Shown here piece by piece: positions 18,483 through 27,733 of a stretch of DNA of 64,000 bases. Position numbers and translations under genes: made by a program. Below the pieces are notes generated by a model, which saw nothing but the letters and a program-made list of their open reading frames with translations, was not told the DNA's origin and did no database searches. The DNA is from Candidatus Hydrogenedentota bacterium (GTDB lineage: Bacteria > Hydrogenedentota > Hydrogenedentia > Hydrogenedentales > SLHB01): the NCBI GenBank assembly GCA_963668025.2, contig CAXXTH010000014.1, positions 76,605 through 140,604 of the forward strand, in the 5' to 3' direction. How positions within the stretch are numbered: the first letter of the stretch is position 1; each line of letters starts with the position of its first letter.

Positions 18483-19985
18483 TTACCAGTCTGTCCTGTT
18501 GGGCTTTCCTATTTTGACCAGCACGACACCATGCAGCGGCACGGATGCGGTGAAAGCTCCATCGAATTTACCCAGGTCTTTCTTTTTCCAAAGGTCACGA
18601 ACAGGCTGCTTGCCGCTGATTCCTACATCCGGCCATTTCACCGTGATATCCGTTTGCGCTTCTCCACGATTGAATAGCGCGACAGCAATCGTTCCATCCC
18701 AAAGTGGGCGGCTCCATATCTCCGTATCGCCGTTCTTGACTTTGCTTCCGGCGGGTTTGCCTAGAGGATCTTGGTCCACATCCAGCACTTCATCGTTGGT
18801 GACTAAGTCGAGCGTAAACGGATCGAGTTGGGATAAGTCACAGCCCAGCAAGAGAGGCGATGCGGTCATGCACCACAGCGTAAAATGCGAAAATTGCTCG
18901 TCATGAGTCAGCCGGTTGTCGCGGGGCGTGCCCCAGCCCACTTTGCCGACCACGAGCATATCCGGATCATTCCAATGCCCAGGCCCGGCATATTGCTCGA
19001 GGCCGTCCAGGAAGAACCCGAGGTTTGCGACGGGCCAAGAGTAACCGGTCGGCTCTGCTTTATACCATTCGTCTGTAATGTCTGTATGGGTCCGCCAACA
19101 GTTGGCGCCCGCCACCTCGGCTCCCCATTTCCACACCTCCATACAGCCATACTGGCACATGCTATAAACGATATCTCGCTCGCACTTATCCAGCGCTTTG
19201 CGCATGATGATATACGGCCGCTGCCCCTCTTCGAGATGGTTGGCTCCGGGAGCCTTGATTCTCTCCTCAAAGATTTTTGTATAGGTGCATAGATCATACT
19301 TCAGGTAGTCAATCCCCCAACTGGCGAAAGTCAGGGCGTCTTGGTCTTCGTGCTCGTAGCTGCCTTCCGTGCCTCCGCAGCCCTTCGGTCCTGGCGACGA
19401 GTATAAACCGAGCTTGATCCCTTTGGAATGGGCATAATCCGCCAGGGCCTTCATGTCCTTGAATCCCTCATTAGGTAGGATCTCATCATTGGCGTCCCGG
19501 CCTCCACTCCAGCCTTCGTCCATATTTACATATTGATAACCGTGCGCCGTAAGGCCCGCGCTGGCCATGCAATCGATCGTTTGCCGGATTCTCTGATCAT
19601 CGATCGTGACGCACCACACATTATAGGAGTTCCAACCCATCGGAGGGGTGAGCGCGAGCTTGTGATCACCGCCTACAATCTTGAGCTTTCGCTTGGCCTT
19701 CCCTTCCGGCCCCTTGACTTTGAGCTTAACGATGTATTCTCCTGCTTCTTTGAGTGAACCCGAAATGACTCCCGTATTTTTGTCCACGGATAGCCCTTCC
19801 GGGAGATTGGATGCCGAGTATTCCAAAGGCCCCTCGCCGGTGGCGGGTATAAGAAACATAAACGGATTACCAGGTGTGCAACCGGTGATCCTTGGCCCAT
19901 GAATGGCGGGAGCGCCTTCTGCATCTGCTTGCACCTGGATGGCCATGCATATTGCCGCACATAAAATCGCGAAAATTCGAAGCAT
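18483..19985 (-). CDS. Secreted alpha-galactosidase (GH27) with N-terminal putative Ig domain
   Basis: LALTPPMGWNS, MDEGW, DYLKYDLC, WRTHTDI, GPGHWNDPDML, DQDPLG. Confidence 0.93.
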   Translation of the reverse strand: MLRIFAILCAAICMAIQVQADAEGAPAIHGPRITGCTPGNPFMFLIPATGEGPLEYSASNLPEGLSVDKNTGVISGSLKEAGEYIVKLKVKGPEGKAKRKLKIVGGDHKLALTPPMGWNSYNVWCVTIDDQRIRQTIDCMASAGLTAHGYQYVNMDEGWSGGRDANDEILPNEGFKDMKALADYAHSKGIKLGLYSSPGPKGCGGTEGSYEHEDQDALTFASWGIDYLKYDLCTYTKIFEERIKAPGANHLEEGQRPYIIMRKALDKCERDIVYSMCQYGCMEVWKWGAEVAGANCWRTHTDITDEWYKAEPTGYSWPVANLGFFLDGLEQYAGPGHWNDPDMLVVGKVGWGTPRDNRLTHDEQFSHFTLWCMTASPLLLGCDLSQLDPFTLDLVTNDEVLDVDQDPLGKPAGSKVKNGDTEIWSRPLWDGTIAVALFNRGEAQTDITVKWPDVGISGKQPVRDLWKKKDLGKFDGAFTASVPLHGVVLVKIGKPNRTDW

Positions 19986-20297
19986 GCTTCTTTCTCCTTT
20001 TATATTAATCGAAGATAATAGGACATCACACAAAATAATGCTCCATTCTGCTGCATTGTTTGTATATTAATTTTTAACATATAACTATAACAATTATATA
20101 TACAAAAAAACTAGCATATATTCCAATCTAAAAGAAATCACCAACATGGCATACTGCTTTTCCTGGATAAAATGATATTTATATATAAAGGAAATCATCA
20201 AAAAAACCTTGTCTAGTTTGGTTATTGTTTTGTACAATTCACCGATCTTGAATTCAGGCCTCAACGTACCGCACGATGTCTTCTTTGTAGCCGCCAC

Positions 20298-20407
20298 AGC
20301 CTTGTCAGCCCGGAACTCACCAACAGGAAAGAAGGGCCCCCTTATCCCACCTGCATTCGTCCGCCGCGCTCAATGGATGCCATGCCAGCTTCGGCCCGAC
20401 AAGGGTA
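20298..20407. mobile_element. Possible MITE with IS630-like ends
   Basis: CCTTGTCAGCCC at 20300-20311 is identical to the reverse complement of the IS630 right end (25291-25302); imperfect inverted partner GCTTCGGCCCGACAAGGGTA at 20388-20407. Confidence 0.35.
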
Positions 20408-20589
20408 CGCGGTTCCGGCGGGAAAGGGCTTAAGTTCCTACTCTATACGTTGCACCTAGCTCTTGAATCCAGGTGGGAGATTGAATCTGGTTTGGGTTAG
20501 ATGTTAGGTTGCGGTATACTTTTGGCTTGGCTCAAGGGAGCGCCATCAGGGAAAAGTGGGGAAAACCTTTATACGCGCAGGGGAAAGGA

Positions 20590-21693
20590 ATGAAAAAAAT
20601 GAACGGGAACAGGATATTAGCCTGTATGATGCTTGCCGTGGTGGGGCTGGCGTGCGGATGCGGGCAGCAAGCGAATACGACTTCGACGCCACAAACGCCT
20701 GCATCCAATCCTCCGGCTGCGGATGTGAAACCAGCAGATGTAAAACCGGCGGATCTGAAGCCGATTACACTCTCGTATAGCATCTTCTTCCCGCCCACGC
20801 ACGTGCAATGCGAAACGGCGGTGCAATGGGCCAAGGAAATCGAAAAGCGGAGCAATGGCCGCGTCGTGATCAATGTGTTCCCAGGTGGTTCGCTCACCCC
20901 GGCCAACCAGTGTTATGAAGGTGTGGTGAACGGCATTTCCGACCTCGGGATGAGCTGCTTTGCGTACACCCGTGGGCGTTTCCCGCTCCTGGAAGGGCTG
21001 GATCTGCCATTAGGCTACCCCAACGGGAAAGTAGCCACGCGGGCCGCCACGGAATTGATTCGGAAATATCAGCCCCAGGAAACCGCGGACACGCATGTCC
21101 TCTATGTGCATGCCCATGGCCCGGGCATCCTGGCGAGCAAGAAGCCCGTTCGTACGCTCGAAGATATGGCTGGGCTTAAAGTGCGCGCCACGGGCTTGGC
21201 GGTCAAGATCGTCGAAAGTCTGAAAGGCACGGCGGTAGGCATGAGCCAGCCGGAGACGTACGAAGCATTGCAGAAGGGTGTTGTGGAAGCGACGTTGTGC
21301 CCTATCGAAACGCTGAAGGGCTGGAAACAAGGCGAGGTGATCGAGTCCGTCACGGACAGTTCGGCCATCGGGTATACAACGGCCATGTTCGTGACCATGA
21401 ACAAAGCCAAGTGGGATAGCCTGCCCGCCGATATCCAAGCCATTTTCACCGAAGTCAGTAACGAGTGGGTCGATAAGCATGGCGAGGCGTGGGACAAGGC
21501 GGACGAAGAGGGCAAGGCGTTCGTCATGAGCCTCAATCACGAGATCATCACCCTCACGCCGGAAGAACAGGCGCGGTGGAAAGAAGCCGTGAAGCCGCTG
21601 CTTGACGCGTATGTGAATGCGTGCAAGGAGAAGGGCTTGCCGGGCGACACGTTCCTGGCTGATCTCCTGGCCATGCTCGGTCCAAAATCCTAA
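20590..21693 (+). CDS. dctP: TRAP transporter substrate-binding lipoprotein (DctP family)
   Basis: Lipobox-like LACGC; [16 protein letters not shown]; GLKVRA; YEALQKGVV; three DVKPA-like repeats in the linker. Confidence 0.92.
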   Translation: MKKMNGNRILACMMLAVVGLACGCGQQANTTSTPQTPASNPPAADVKPADVKPADLKPITLSYSIFFPPTHVQCETAVQWAKEIEKRSNGRVVINVFPGGSLTPANQCYEGVVNGISDLGMSCFAYTRGRFPLLEGLDLPLGYPNGKVATRAATELIRKYQPQETADTHVLYVHAHGPGILASKKPVRTLEDMAGLKVRATGLAVKIVESLKGTAVGMSQPETYEALQKGVVEATLCPIETLKGWKQGEVIESVTDSSAIGYTTAMFVTMNKAKWDSLPADIQAIFTEVSNEWVDKHGEAWDKADEEGKAFVMSLNHEIITLTPEEQARWKEAVKPLLDAYVNACKEKGLPGDTFLADLLAMLGPKS

Positions 21694-21705
21694 GGACATC
21701 GATAG

Positions 21706-22215
21706 ATGGTGCATAAGATTCGCTCGATTGGGCGGGCATACAACTGGGGATTGCGCTGGCTCGTGCTGCTCCTCGCGGGGTGTTCTGGCCTCGCCGTCCT
21801 GGTCATCATCGGAGTCACGTGCCTAGATGTAGGCATGCGCATATTTGGCTCCGCCTTGCAGGGTTCCTTTGACATTGTACAGATTGCAGGCGCGCTGGCG
21901 GTTGCCTTCGCACTGCCGTATACGACAGCCGTTAAAGGCCATGTAGCGGTCGAGTTCTTCTTTCAGAAGCTAAACCGGATGGGCCGGATTGTCGTGGACA
22001 GCATCGTGCGCGTGCTGGTGATTGCCCTTTTGGCCCTGCTTGCGGTGCAATGCGTGTTTTATGGGATTTCGCTGAAAGAGGCGAATCAAGTATCGTTGAC
22101 CCTCCAAGCGCCCATGTTCTGGATCCCGTATGTTATTTCCGGTTGTTTGGCCGTGACGGTCCTGGTCAAAATTCACAACCTGATTCACCCCGGCCGTGGG
22201 ATGATTAAGCCATGA
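21706..22215 (+). CDS. dctQ: TRAP transporter small permease
   Basis: Four TM segments; KGHVAVEF motif; lies between dctP and dctM. Confidence 0.9.
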   Translation: MVHKIRSIGRAYNWGLRWLVLLLAGCSGLAVLVIIGVTCLDVGMRIFGSALQGSFDIVQIAGALAVAFALPYTTAVKGHVAVEFFFQKLNRMGRIVVDSIVRVLVIALLALLAVQCVFYGISLKEANQVSLTLQAPMFWIPYVISGCLAVTVLVKIHNLIHPGRGMIKP

Positions 22216-23513
22216 CTTCGATTCAGATAGGCGCTTTGGGCATTGTGGTGCTGCTTATTTTTCTGGCCACGAGCATGCCGGTGGCTTTCGCCATGGCGCT
22301 GGCGGGGATAATAGGTTTTGCGGCGCTGGTGAACAGTGACGCGTCCCTGGCGATGGCCACGGGGGAGGTTTATAACACCTTTTCCATGTACAGCCTGACG
22401 GTGATTCCGCTGTTCGTGCTTATGGGCCAGATCGCCTTCCATGTTGGGATTAGTCGGCGCCTATTCAACGCGGCTTATGTCTGGATGGGAGCGCTTCCCG
22501 GAGGCTTGGCGATGGCGACGGTGGGGGCATGCACGGCGTTCGGCGCGATCTGCGGCTCGGGTCCCGCGACGGCGGCCACCATGGCGTCCGTCGCGCTGCC
22601 CGAGATGCGGCGGTACGGATACAGTATGGAGCTGGGCAGCGGTGCGGTCGCATCCGCTGGGGGATTGGGCATTCTCATTCCACCCAGCGTCGTGTTCATC
22701 GTATATGCGATTCTCACCGAACAATCCATCGGCAAGCTGTTTATCGCGGGCGTATTGCCCGGATTGTTCATCGCGGGGCTATTTTGCCTTACGATTTACA
22801 TCTGCTGCCTGCGGAATCCAAAACTCGGCCCGGCGGGGCCCAAGACTTCCATTAAAGAGAAAGTCGTAGCGCTTGGCGGCATTTCAGAAACGCTGGTGCT
22901 GTTCATCGTAGTGATGGGCGGGATGTTTTTAGGCTTTTTTACCCCGACGGAAGCCGCCGCCATCGGCGCTGCGGGGAGCATGGTTATCGCGGCGGTCCAG
23001 CGTAAGCTTACGCCCCGCATGCTGACGCGCTCTCTGCTCGAAACCGCGAGAACCTCGTGCATGGTGCTCATGATCGTGATGGGCGCTACGATATTCGGCC
23101 GGTTCCTTGCCCTGACGCGGATTCCGTTCGAGTTAGCCGAGTGGCTGGGCGGATTACCCTTGCCGGGTTGGATTATCATAGCGTTCATTATAGTGTTTTA
23201 CCTAATCGCGGGCTGTTTTGTGGACGCGCTGGCGCTGGTGTTGCTCACGGTGCCCGTGTTTTTTCCCGTGATCTCGAAGCTGGGATATGACCCGATCTGG
23301 TTCGGCGTTATCATTGTGGTAGTGACCATGATGGGCATAATCACACCCCCGGTGGGGGTTAATGTATACGTGGTGGCAGGCACGGAACGCGATATACCGC
23401 TCAGTACGGTGTTTCGTGGCTCCATGCCGTTCTTGCTCGCACTGATAGTCGCCACGGTGTTTTTAATCGCATTTCCCCAAATCGCCTTGTTCTTGCCGAC
23501 GCTGGCGAAATAG
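22212..23513 (+). CDS. dctM: TRAP transporter large permease
   Basis: IPLFVLMG, GILIPPS, FTPTEAA, YDPIWFG, ITPPVG. Confidence 0.95.
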   Translation: MTSIQIGALGIVVLLIFLATSMPVAFAMALAGIIGFAALVNSDASLAMATGEVYNTFSMYSLTVIPLFVLMGQIAFHVGISRRLFNAAYVWMGALPGGLAMATVGACTAFGAICGSGPATAATMASVALPEMRRYGYSMELGSGAVASAGGLGILIPPSVVFIVYAILTEQSIGKLFIAGVLPGLFIAGLFCLTIYICCLRNPKLGPAGPKTSIKEKVVALGGISETLVLFIVVMGGMFLGFFTPTEAAAIGAAGSMVIAAVQRKLTPRMLTRSLLETARTSCMVLMIVMGATIFGRFLALTRIPFELAEWLGGLPLPGWIIIAFIIVFYLIAGCFVDALALVLLTVPVFFPVISKLGYDPIWFGVIIVVVTMMGIITPPVGVNVYVVAGTERDIPLSTVFRGSMPFLLALIVATVFLIAFPQIALFLPTLAK

Positions 23514-23562
23514 GGCCTGGCGTTTTACAGGTTTGAGGCCATCGTAGAAAAGGAGCCGGAAT

Positions 23563-24057
23563 ATGCCACAAGAATATCCCTCAAGCCCGTACCGGCGGAT
23601 CCTGTTCTGCACGGACTTCTCTACAAACGCCGATTTGGCGTTCGATTATGCCCTCGACGCCGCAGTGCGCAGGCCAGGATGCGTGTTGTACCTGCTTCAC
23701 ATCATTCCCGAACCCGACGCCCAATTCTGGAAAACATATATTTACGAATTGGACGATATCGACGCCAAAGCCAAACAGGATATCAACGCCAAAGTGGCCG
23801 AGATCTACCGCCCACGTGTCCCCGAAGGCGTTGACTTTCGCGTCGAAACGGCCACCGGACGCGACTACCAGCGGATACTCGAGTTCGCCAGAAAGAAAGA
23901 CGTCGACCTGATCGTACTCGGCCGGCATGGGCACAGCGCGCTCGAAAACGTCTTGTTCGGCAACGTCACCGAGAAAGTCGTCCGCAAAGCGAACTGCCCA
24001 GTGCTGGTTGTGCCGATACGCACGAAACCCTCACCAGATACAACAGATTCTCCGTGA
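23563..24057 (+). CDS. Universal stress protein
   Basis: ILFCTDFS; DLIVLGRHG; FGNVTEKVVRKANCPVLVV. Confidence 0.93.
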   Translation: MPQEYPSSPYRRILFCTDFSTNADLAFDYALDAAVRRPGCVLYLLHIIPEPDAQFWKTYIYELDDIDAKAKQDINAKVAEIYRPRVPEGVDFRVETATGRDYQRILEFARKKDVDLIVLGRHGHSALENVLFGNVTEKVVRKANCPVLVVPIRTKPSPDTTDSP

Positions 24058-24067
24058 TCTCGGTCTA

Positions 24068-25305
24068 GTACCCCGTAAGTCCTAAAAGGCTGAATAAAAA
24101 AGTGTATCTTGCCGATATATCCAGAGGGAGGAATGGGTCTTTCCTTTGGAGGATAACGGCAATGCCCACAAAGCGATACGTAGTTCGGTTGACAGAAGAG
24201 GAGCGCCAGCAACTCCATGGCTTGGTAAGCAAGGGCAAGGCGGCGGCATACAAAATCAGGCACGCCAACATCCTGCTCAAGGCAGATTGCGACGGGCCGA
24301 ATTGGAAGGACGAACAGATAGCCGAAGCCTTTGGCTGCCACCGCACCACGGTGGAAGAGGTGCGCAAACGGCTGGTTACGCAAGGCATCGAATCCGCCCT
24401 GGGCCGCAAGAAGCGGGAAACGCCGCCGACCCCGCGCCGACTCGACGGCGACGCCGAAGCCCGGCTGGTTGCCATCGCTTGCGGAAAAGCTCCGGAAGGC
24501 CGGGCGAAATGGACCATGCGGCTCTTGGCGGACAAACTGGTGGAATTGGGGATCGTGGATTCGGTCTCGCACACGACCGTCTGGGAGACGCTTAAAAAAA
24601 CGAACTCAAGCCGCACTTGCGGAAATGCTGGGTGATACCGCCGAAGCAGGATGGCGAGTTCGTGGCGGCGATGGAAGACGTACTTGAAGTCTATAAGCGC
24701 GGCCGGAACCGAGAGTATCCGCTGGTGTGCATGGACGAACAACCGACGCAGCTCTTGAAGGAGACGCGAACGCCCTTGCCCGCCGAACCTGGGGAACCGG
24801 CGAAACACGACTACGAATACGAGCGCAATGGCACAGCGGCGAACTTCATGTTCACCGCGCCATTGGAAAACTGGCGGCGGGTGAGTGTGCGGGAGCGCAA
24901 GACGAAAATCGATTGGGCACAGGAAATCCGCCAGCTTGTCGATACGGATTTTCCCGAGGCGTCAAAGATCGTGCTGGTGATGGACAACCTGAACACGCAC
25001 ACGCCGGGGGCGCTATACGAGGCGTTTGCGCCGCAAGAGGCGCGCCGAATTCTGGAGCGGCGGGAGATTCATTACACGCCGAAGCACGGGAGTTGGCTGA
25101 ACATGGCGGAGATCGAGTTGAGCGTGTTCACGCGACAGTGCCTGGACCGGCGCATGCCGGATCTGGCGACGTTGCGTTCGGAGGCGGTTGCGTGGAACGC
25201 GAGCCGGAACGATTCGGGGATAGGTGTGGATTGGCACTTCACAACCTCCGACGCCCGGGTAAAACTAAAACGGCTTTATCCCTTAATTAAGGGCTGACAA
25301 GGTAC
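24068..25305 (+). mobile_element. Complete IS630-family element
   Basis: Imperfect TIRs GTACCCCGTAAGTCC / GGGCTGACAAGGTAC; TA duplication at 24066-24067 and 25306-25307 within CTAG targets. Confidence 0.93.
24162..25297 (+). CDS. IS630 transposase (HTH orfA 24162-24635 plus DDE orfB, joined by a -1 frameshift at the A7 run near 24594-24600)
   Basis: orfA RYVVRLTEEER...KWTMRLLA; CTTAAAAAAAC slip gives KKNELKPH; DDE motifs CMDEQP, VMDNLNTH, NMAEIE. Confidence 0.93.
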
Positions 25306-25307
25306 TA

Positions 25308-26083
25308 GTGCGACTGCGAGTGTACGCTGTCCGAGAGGTGTGAGTCCTCTTCAGGCATGCACGCTCCGGCCTGTAGCCGACTGTAACTGCGTCGCCGCGA
25401 GGCGGGGTGGAGAGCAACGGAAGGCGAACGGCCAGTCCGTAGGATACGAACTCGATTCGGCCTGATGTTCCGGCGAGCCTGCTGGCAAATGGCGAAGCCT
25501 AGAAATAACCGGTCACGCTAAGGGGTCGTGTGCAAAAGCGATGGCGGGGGAACATGGGGTGGTTGGAGACGGAATGGCCAGGAAGGCAGGGTACATGAAG
25601 CAGTGAGAGCCGCTGGGAGTAAGCAGGCGAGAAGCCACCCAACGGCAGTCAGAGCCGCCATAGTAGCGAGGAAACGCCGTAATGGGCGTGGAGCGAAGGG
25701 CGGTAGGAAGGTGGATGGGTGAGTACGGAATGCGAGGAAATACAACCGTCACCAGTGAACCGCGCAAGCAGTTCTAAACATGCCGGAGATAACCGCCCCT
25801 ACTGGAAGCGAGCGGTCCTTGCGTCTGGACGGAACCCATGTTGGCGGCCCTGAAACAAGGGGTGAAAGGAAGGCGATGGTTCAGCTTGATGGATAAGCAG
25901 ACCATCAATACTGAGCTAATGCTTACTTTGGCGGCCATAGGTCTTTTCAGCTTACAAAAGCCTATGAAACCGCTCGCCAATCCTCCAAGAGGTAAGACCA
26001 CCAACTGGAGAGCCGTATGCGGGAGATCTGCACGTACGGTTCGGAGGGAGGGGAGACCGGCCAACGGTCTTCCCTACCCCTAT
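25308..26083 (+). ncRNA. Group II intron with deleted, degenerate RT/maturase ORF (ORF-less; class E-like)
   Basis: 5' GTGCG; domain III-like GTCAGAGCCGCCATAGTAGCG...GGAGCGAAGGG; domain V GAGCCGTATGCGGGAGATCTGCACGTACGGTTC (26010-26042, AGC triad); domain VI with bulged A at 26076 ending CCCCTAT; RT remnants WTEPMLAALKQGVKGRRWFSLMDK and DHQY*ANAYF/AAIGLFSL. Confidence 0.92.
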
Positions 26084-26196
26084 CGACATTTGGATTTTGG
26101 GCTCATCTCGCTGTCTATAATGAGGCCCCGCCTGAAGCGATCTGGGAAAAAAAGCCGGTTGTGGGAGAATTCATTCCTTCGCAAGAAGCATCAGGA

Positions 26197-26221
26197 GAGA
26201 GCCTTTTCATAAAAGGCTCTC
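26197..26221. terminator. Hairpin, probable terminator downstream of the serine hydrolase
   Basis: GAGAGCCTTTT-CAT-AAAAGGCTCTC, a perfect 11-bp stem about 35 bp past the stop of the minus-strand gene. Confidence 0.5.
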
Positions 26222-26254
26222 CCCTTCATTCACATCCGCGACACGCATGTGGCT

Positions 26255-27394
26255 TTATTCGACGGCCTGGGCAATCAGGAGGTCCGTCATCGTGTCAATA
26301 ACACTTTGCATCTGGTTCGAGATGGTGGTGGGATCGGTCATATCGAGCCGGTTTAATCCGATGAAGAATCCGGCGTGGATTCGAGGAATATATGCCCAGG
26401 TGCCATAATTGCCAGGATTGGCGCCGCCATGGCTCACCACCACCTCTCCCTTGTATGTCTTGACGTTCATCCCATAGCCGTATTGGGTCGCGGGCTCCTG
26501 CACTGTCATCATTTCCGTACGAAGCGGCTCGGAAAGCAGGCAAGGCCCGAACATGACGTTCAGGAAACGGATCATGTCGGAGGCGGTGGTCACACCGGCT
26601 CCGGCGGTCCAGTTCCAGGACAGGTTCCAGTTGGTGACGTTGGACAGTTCCGTCTGATTCAGTAATATGGAGTAGAAATCCGCTGCGGGCGCGGTGGCCT
26701 TGCCGTCCACCACCTCCGTCCGTTCGATGAAGGCGTGGCGGAAGATGCGGTCTTCGAGGGCTTCCTGTACGGTCATGCCCGTGGCTTTCTCGATGATGAC
26801 GCCGAGTATATAGTAGCCCGCGTTGCTGTAGCTGTAGGAGGAGCCCGGCGTGAAGTCCAGAGGATAGCTCGCGATCAAATCCAGCACTTCCGTCTGCGAC
26901 CACACGCGTTCGGGAGTGTTGAGGATGCTGTCCACGAGCTCTGGGGTGCTCTGGTGATCGTGTATCCCGCTGGTGTGGTTTAGGAGCATTCTAACGGTAA
27001 TGAGGCCTCCATCGCTGAACTCACCGGGAAGCCATTGGTCCAGCGTATCGTCGAGACCGATCAACTCCTCGTCAACGAGTCTCAGCATCAATGCAGCGGT
27101 AAAGGTCTTTGTCATGCTAGCCAGGCGCATCTGCATTTCTGGAGTCATAGGCGTCTGGTCTTCGAGCTTCGCGACGCCCGACGCGCCCACCGCCCAGAAA
27201 TTGTCGCAAAACACTCCCATCACGCCGCCGGGAACCCCGGAATCGGTCACGGCCCCATCGAGCACGGACTGGTATTCCGAGGGCAGCGTGCCAATGGGAC
27301 GAATGCAGAGCAAACAACATCCGCTAACGCCGGCCAGCAATGCGAACAAACACACCGGTAAACACATAAAAGAAGTAAAACGAACCCTGTTCAT
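26255..27394 (-). CDS. Serine hydrolase (beta-lactamase / D-Ala-D-Ala carboxypeptidase family), probable lipoprotein
   Basis: SxxK ASMTK; LLNHTSG; YSN; HGG; lipobox-like VSGC; start after AAGGGGA. Confidence 0.9.
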   Translation of the reverse strand: MNRVRFTSFMCLPVCLFALLAGVSGCCLLCIRPIGTLPSEYQSVLDGAVTDSGVPGGVMGVFCDNFWAVGASGVAKLEDQTPMTPEMQMRLASMTKTFTAALMLRLVDEELIGLDDTLDQWLPGEFSDGGLITVRMLLNHTSGIHDHQSTPELVDSILNTPERVWSQTEVLDLIASYPLDFTPGSSYSYSNAGYYILGVIIEKATGMTVQEALEDRIFRHAFIERTEVVDGKATAPAADFYSILLNQTELSNVTNWNLSWNWTAGAGVTTASDMIRFLNVMFGPCLLSEPLRTEMMTVQEPATQYGYGMNVKTYKGEVVVSHGGANPGNYGTWAYIPRIHAGFFIGLNRLDMTDPTTISNQMQSVIDTMTDLLIAQAVE

Positions 27395-27582
27395 ACATAT
27401 TCCCCTTGTTGATGCAGATTTCGACTCAAATGGAAGCTGGCGGACCACAAAACGCAGTGTATCAGTCTGTGTCATCGATACACAATTTCTGCTACTACAG
27501 GGGAGTCCAGATATAGCATGGGCAAGGAATATAGAAGTGGGTTTCCCTCGCTAGAAAAGCAAAAAAAACCGTAACTGAAAAA

Positions 27583-27660
27583 TGGTCGGGGTGAGAGGAT
27601 TCGAACCTCCGGCCTCTTCGTCCCGAACGAAGCGCGCTAACCGGGCTGCGCTACACCCCG
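27583..27660 (-). tRNA. tRNA-Pro(CGG)
   Basis: Minus strand CGGGGTGTAGCGCAGCCCGGTTAGCGCGCTTCGTTCGGGACGAAGAGGCCGGAGGTTCGAATCCTCTCACCCCGACCA; anticodon CGG; encoded CCA. Confidence 0.98.
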
Positions 27661-27733
27661 ACGTGGAAGCGAATCATACCTGTGGCATCGGTTGCTTGTC
27701 AACTTTTTAACGCCTTCCGGTATTGCCGCATCT

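Noticed and set aside
25838-26212. 124-aa ORF with an RT-like N-terminus
   Set aside because: It is the deleted intron IEP remnant reading through DV/DVI; there is no YADD or RT core.
26255-27394. Beta-lactam resistance gene
   Set aside because: The motifs fit the broad serine hydrolase/DD-peptidase family; nothing specifically indicates a class A, C or D beta-lactamase.
14584-27583. Genomic island integrated at the tRNA-Pro 3' end
   Set aside because: I found no integrase and no duplicated tRNA 3' fragment by eye.
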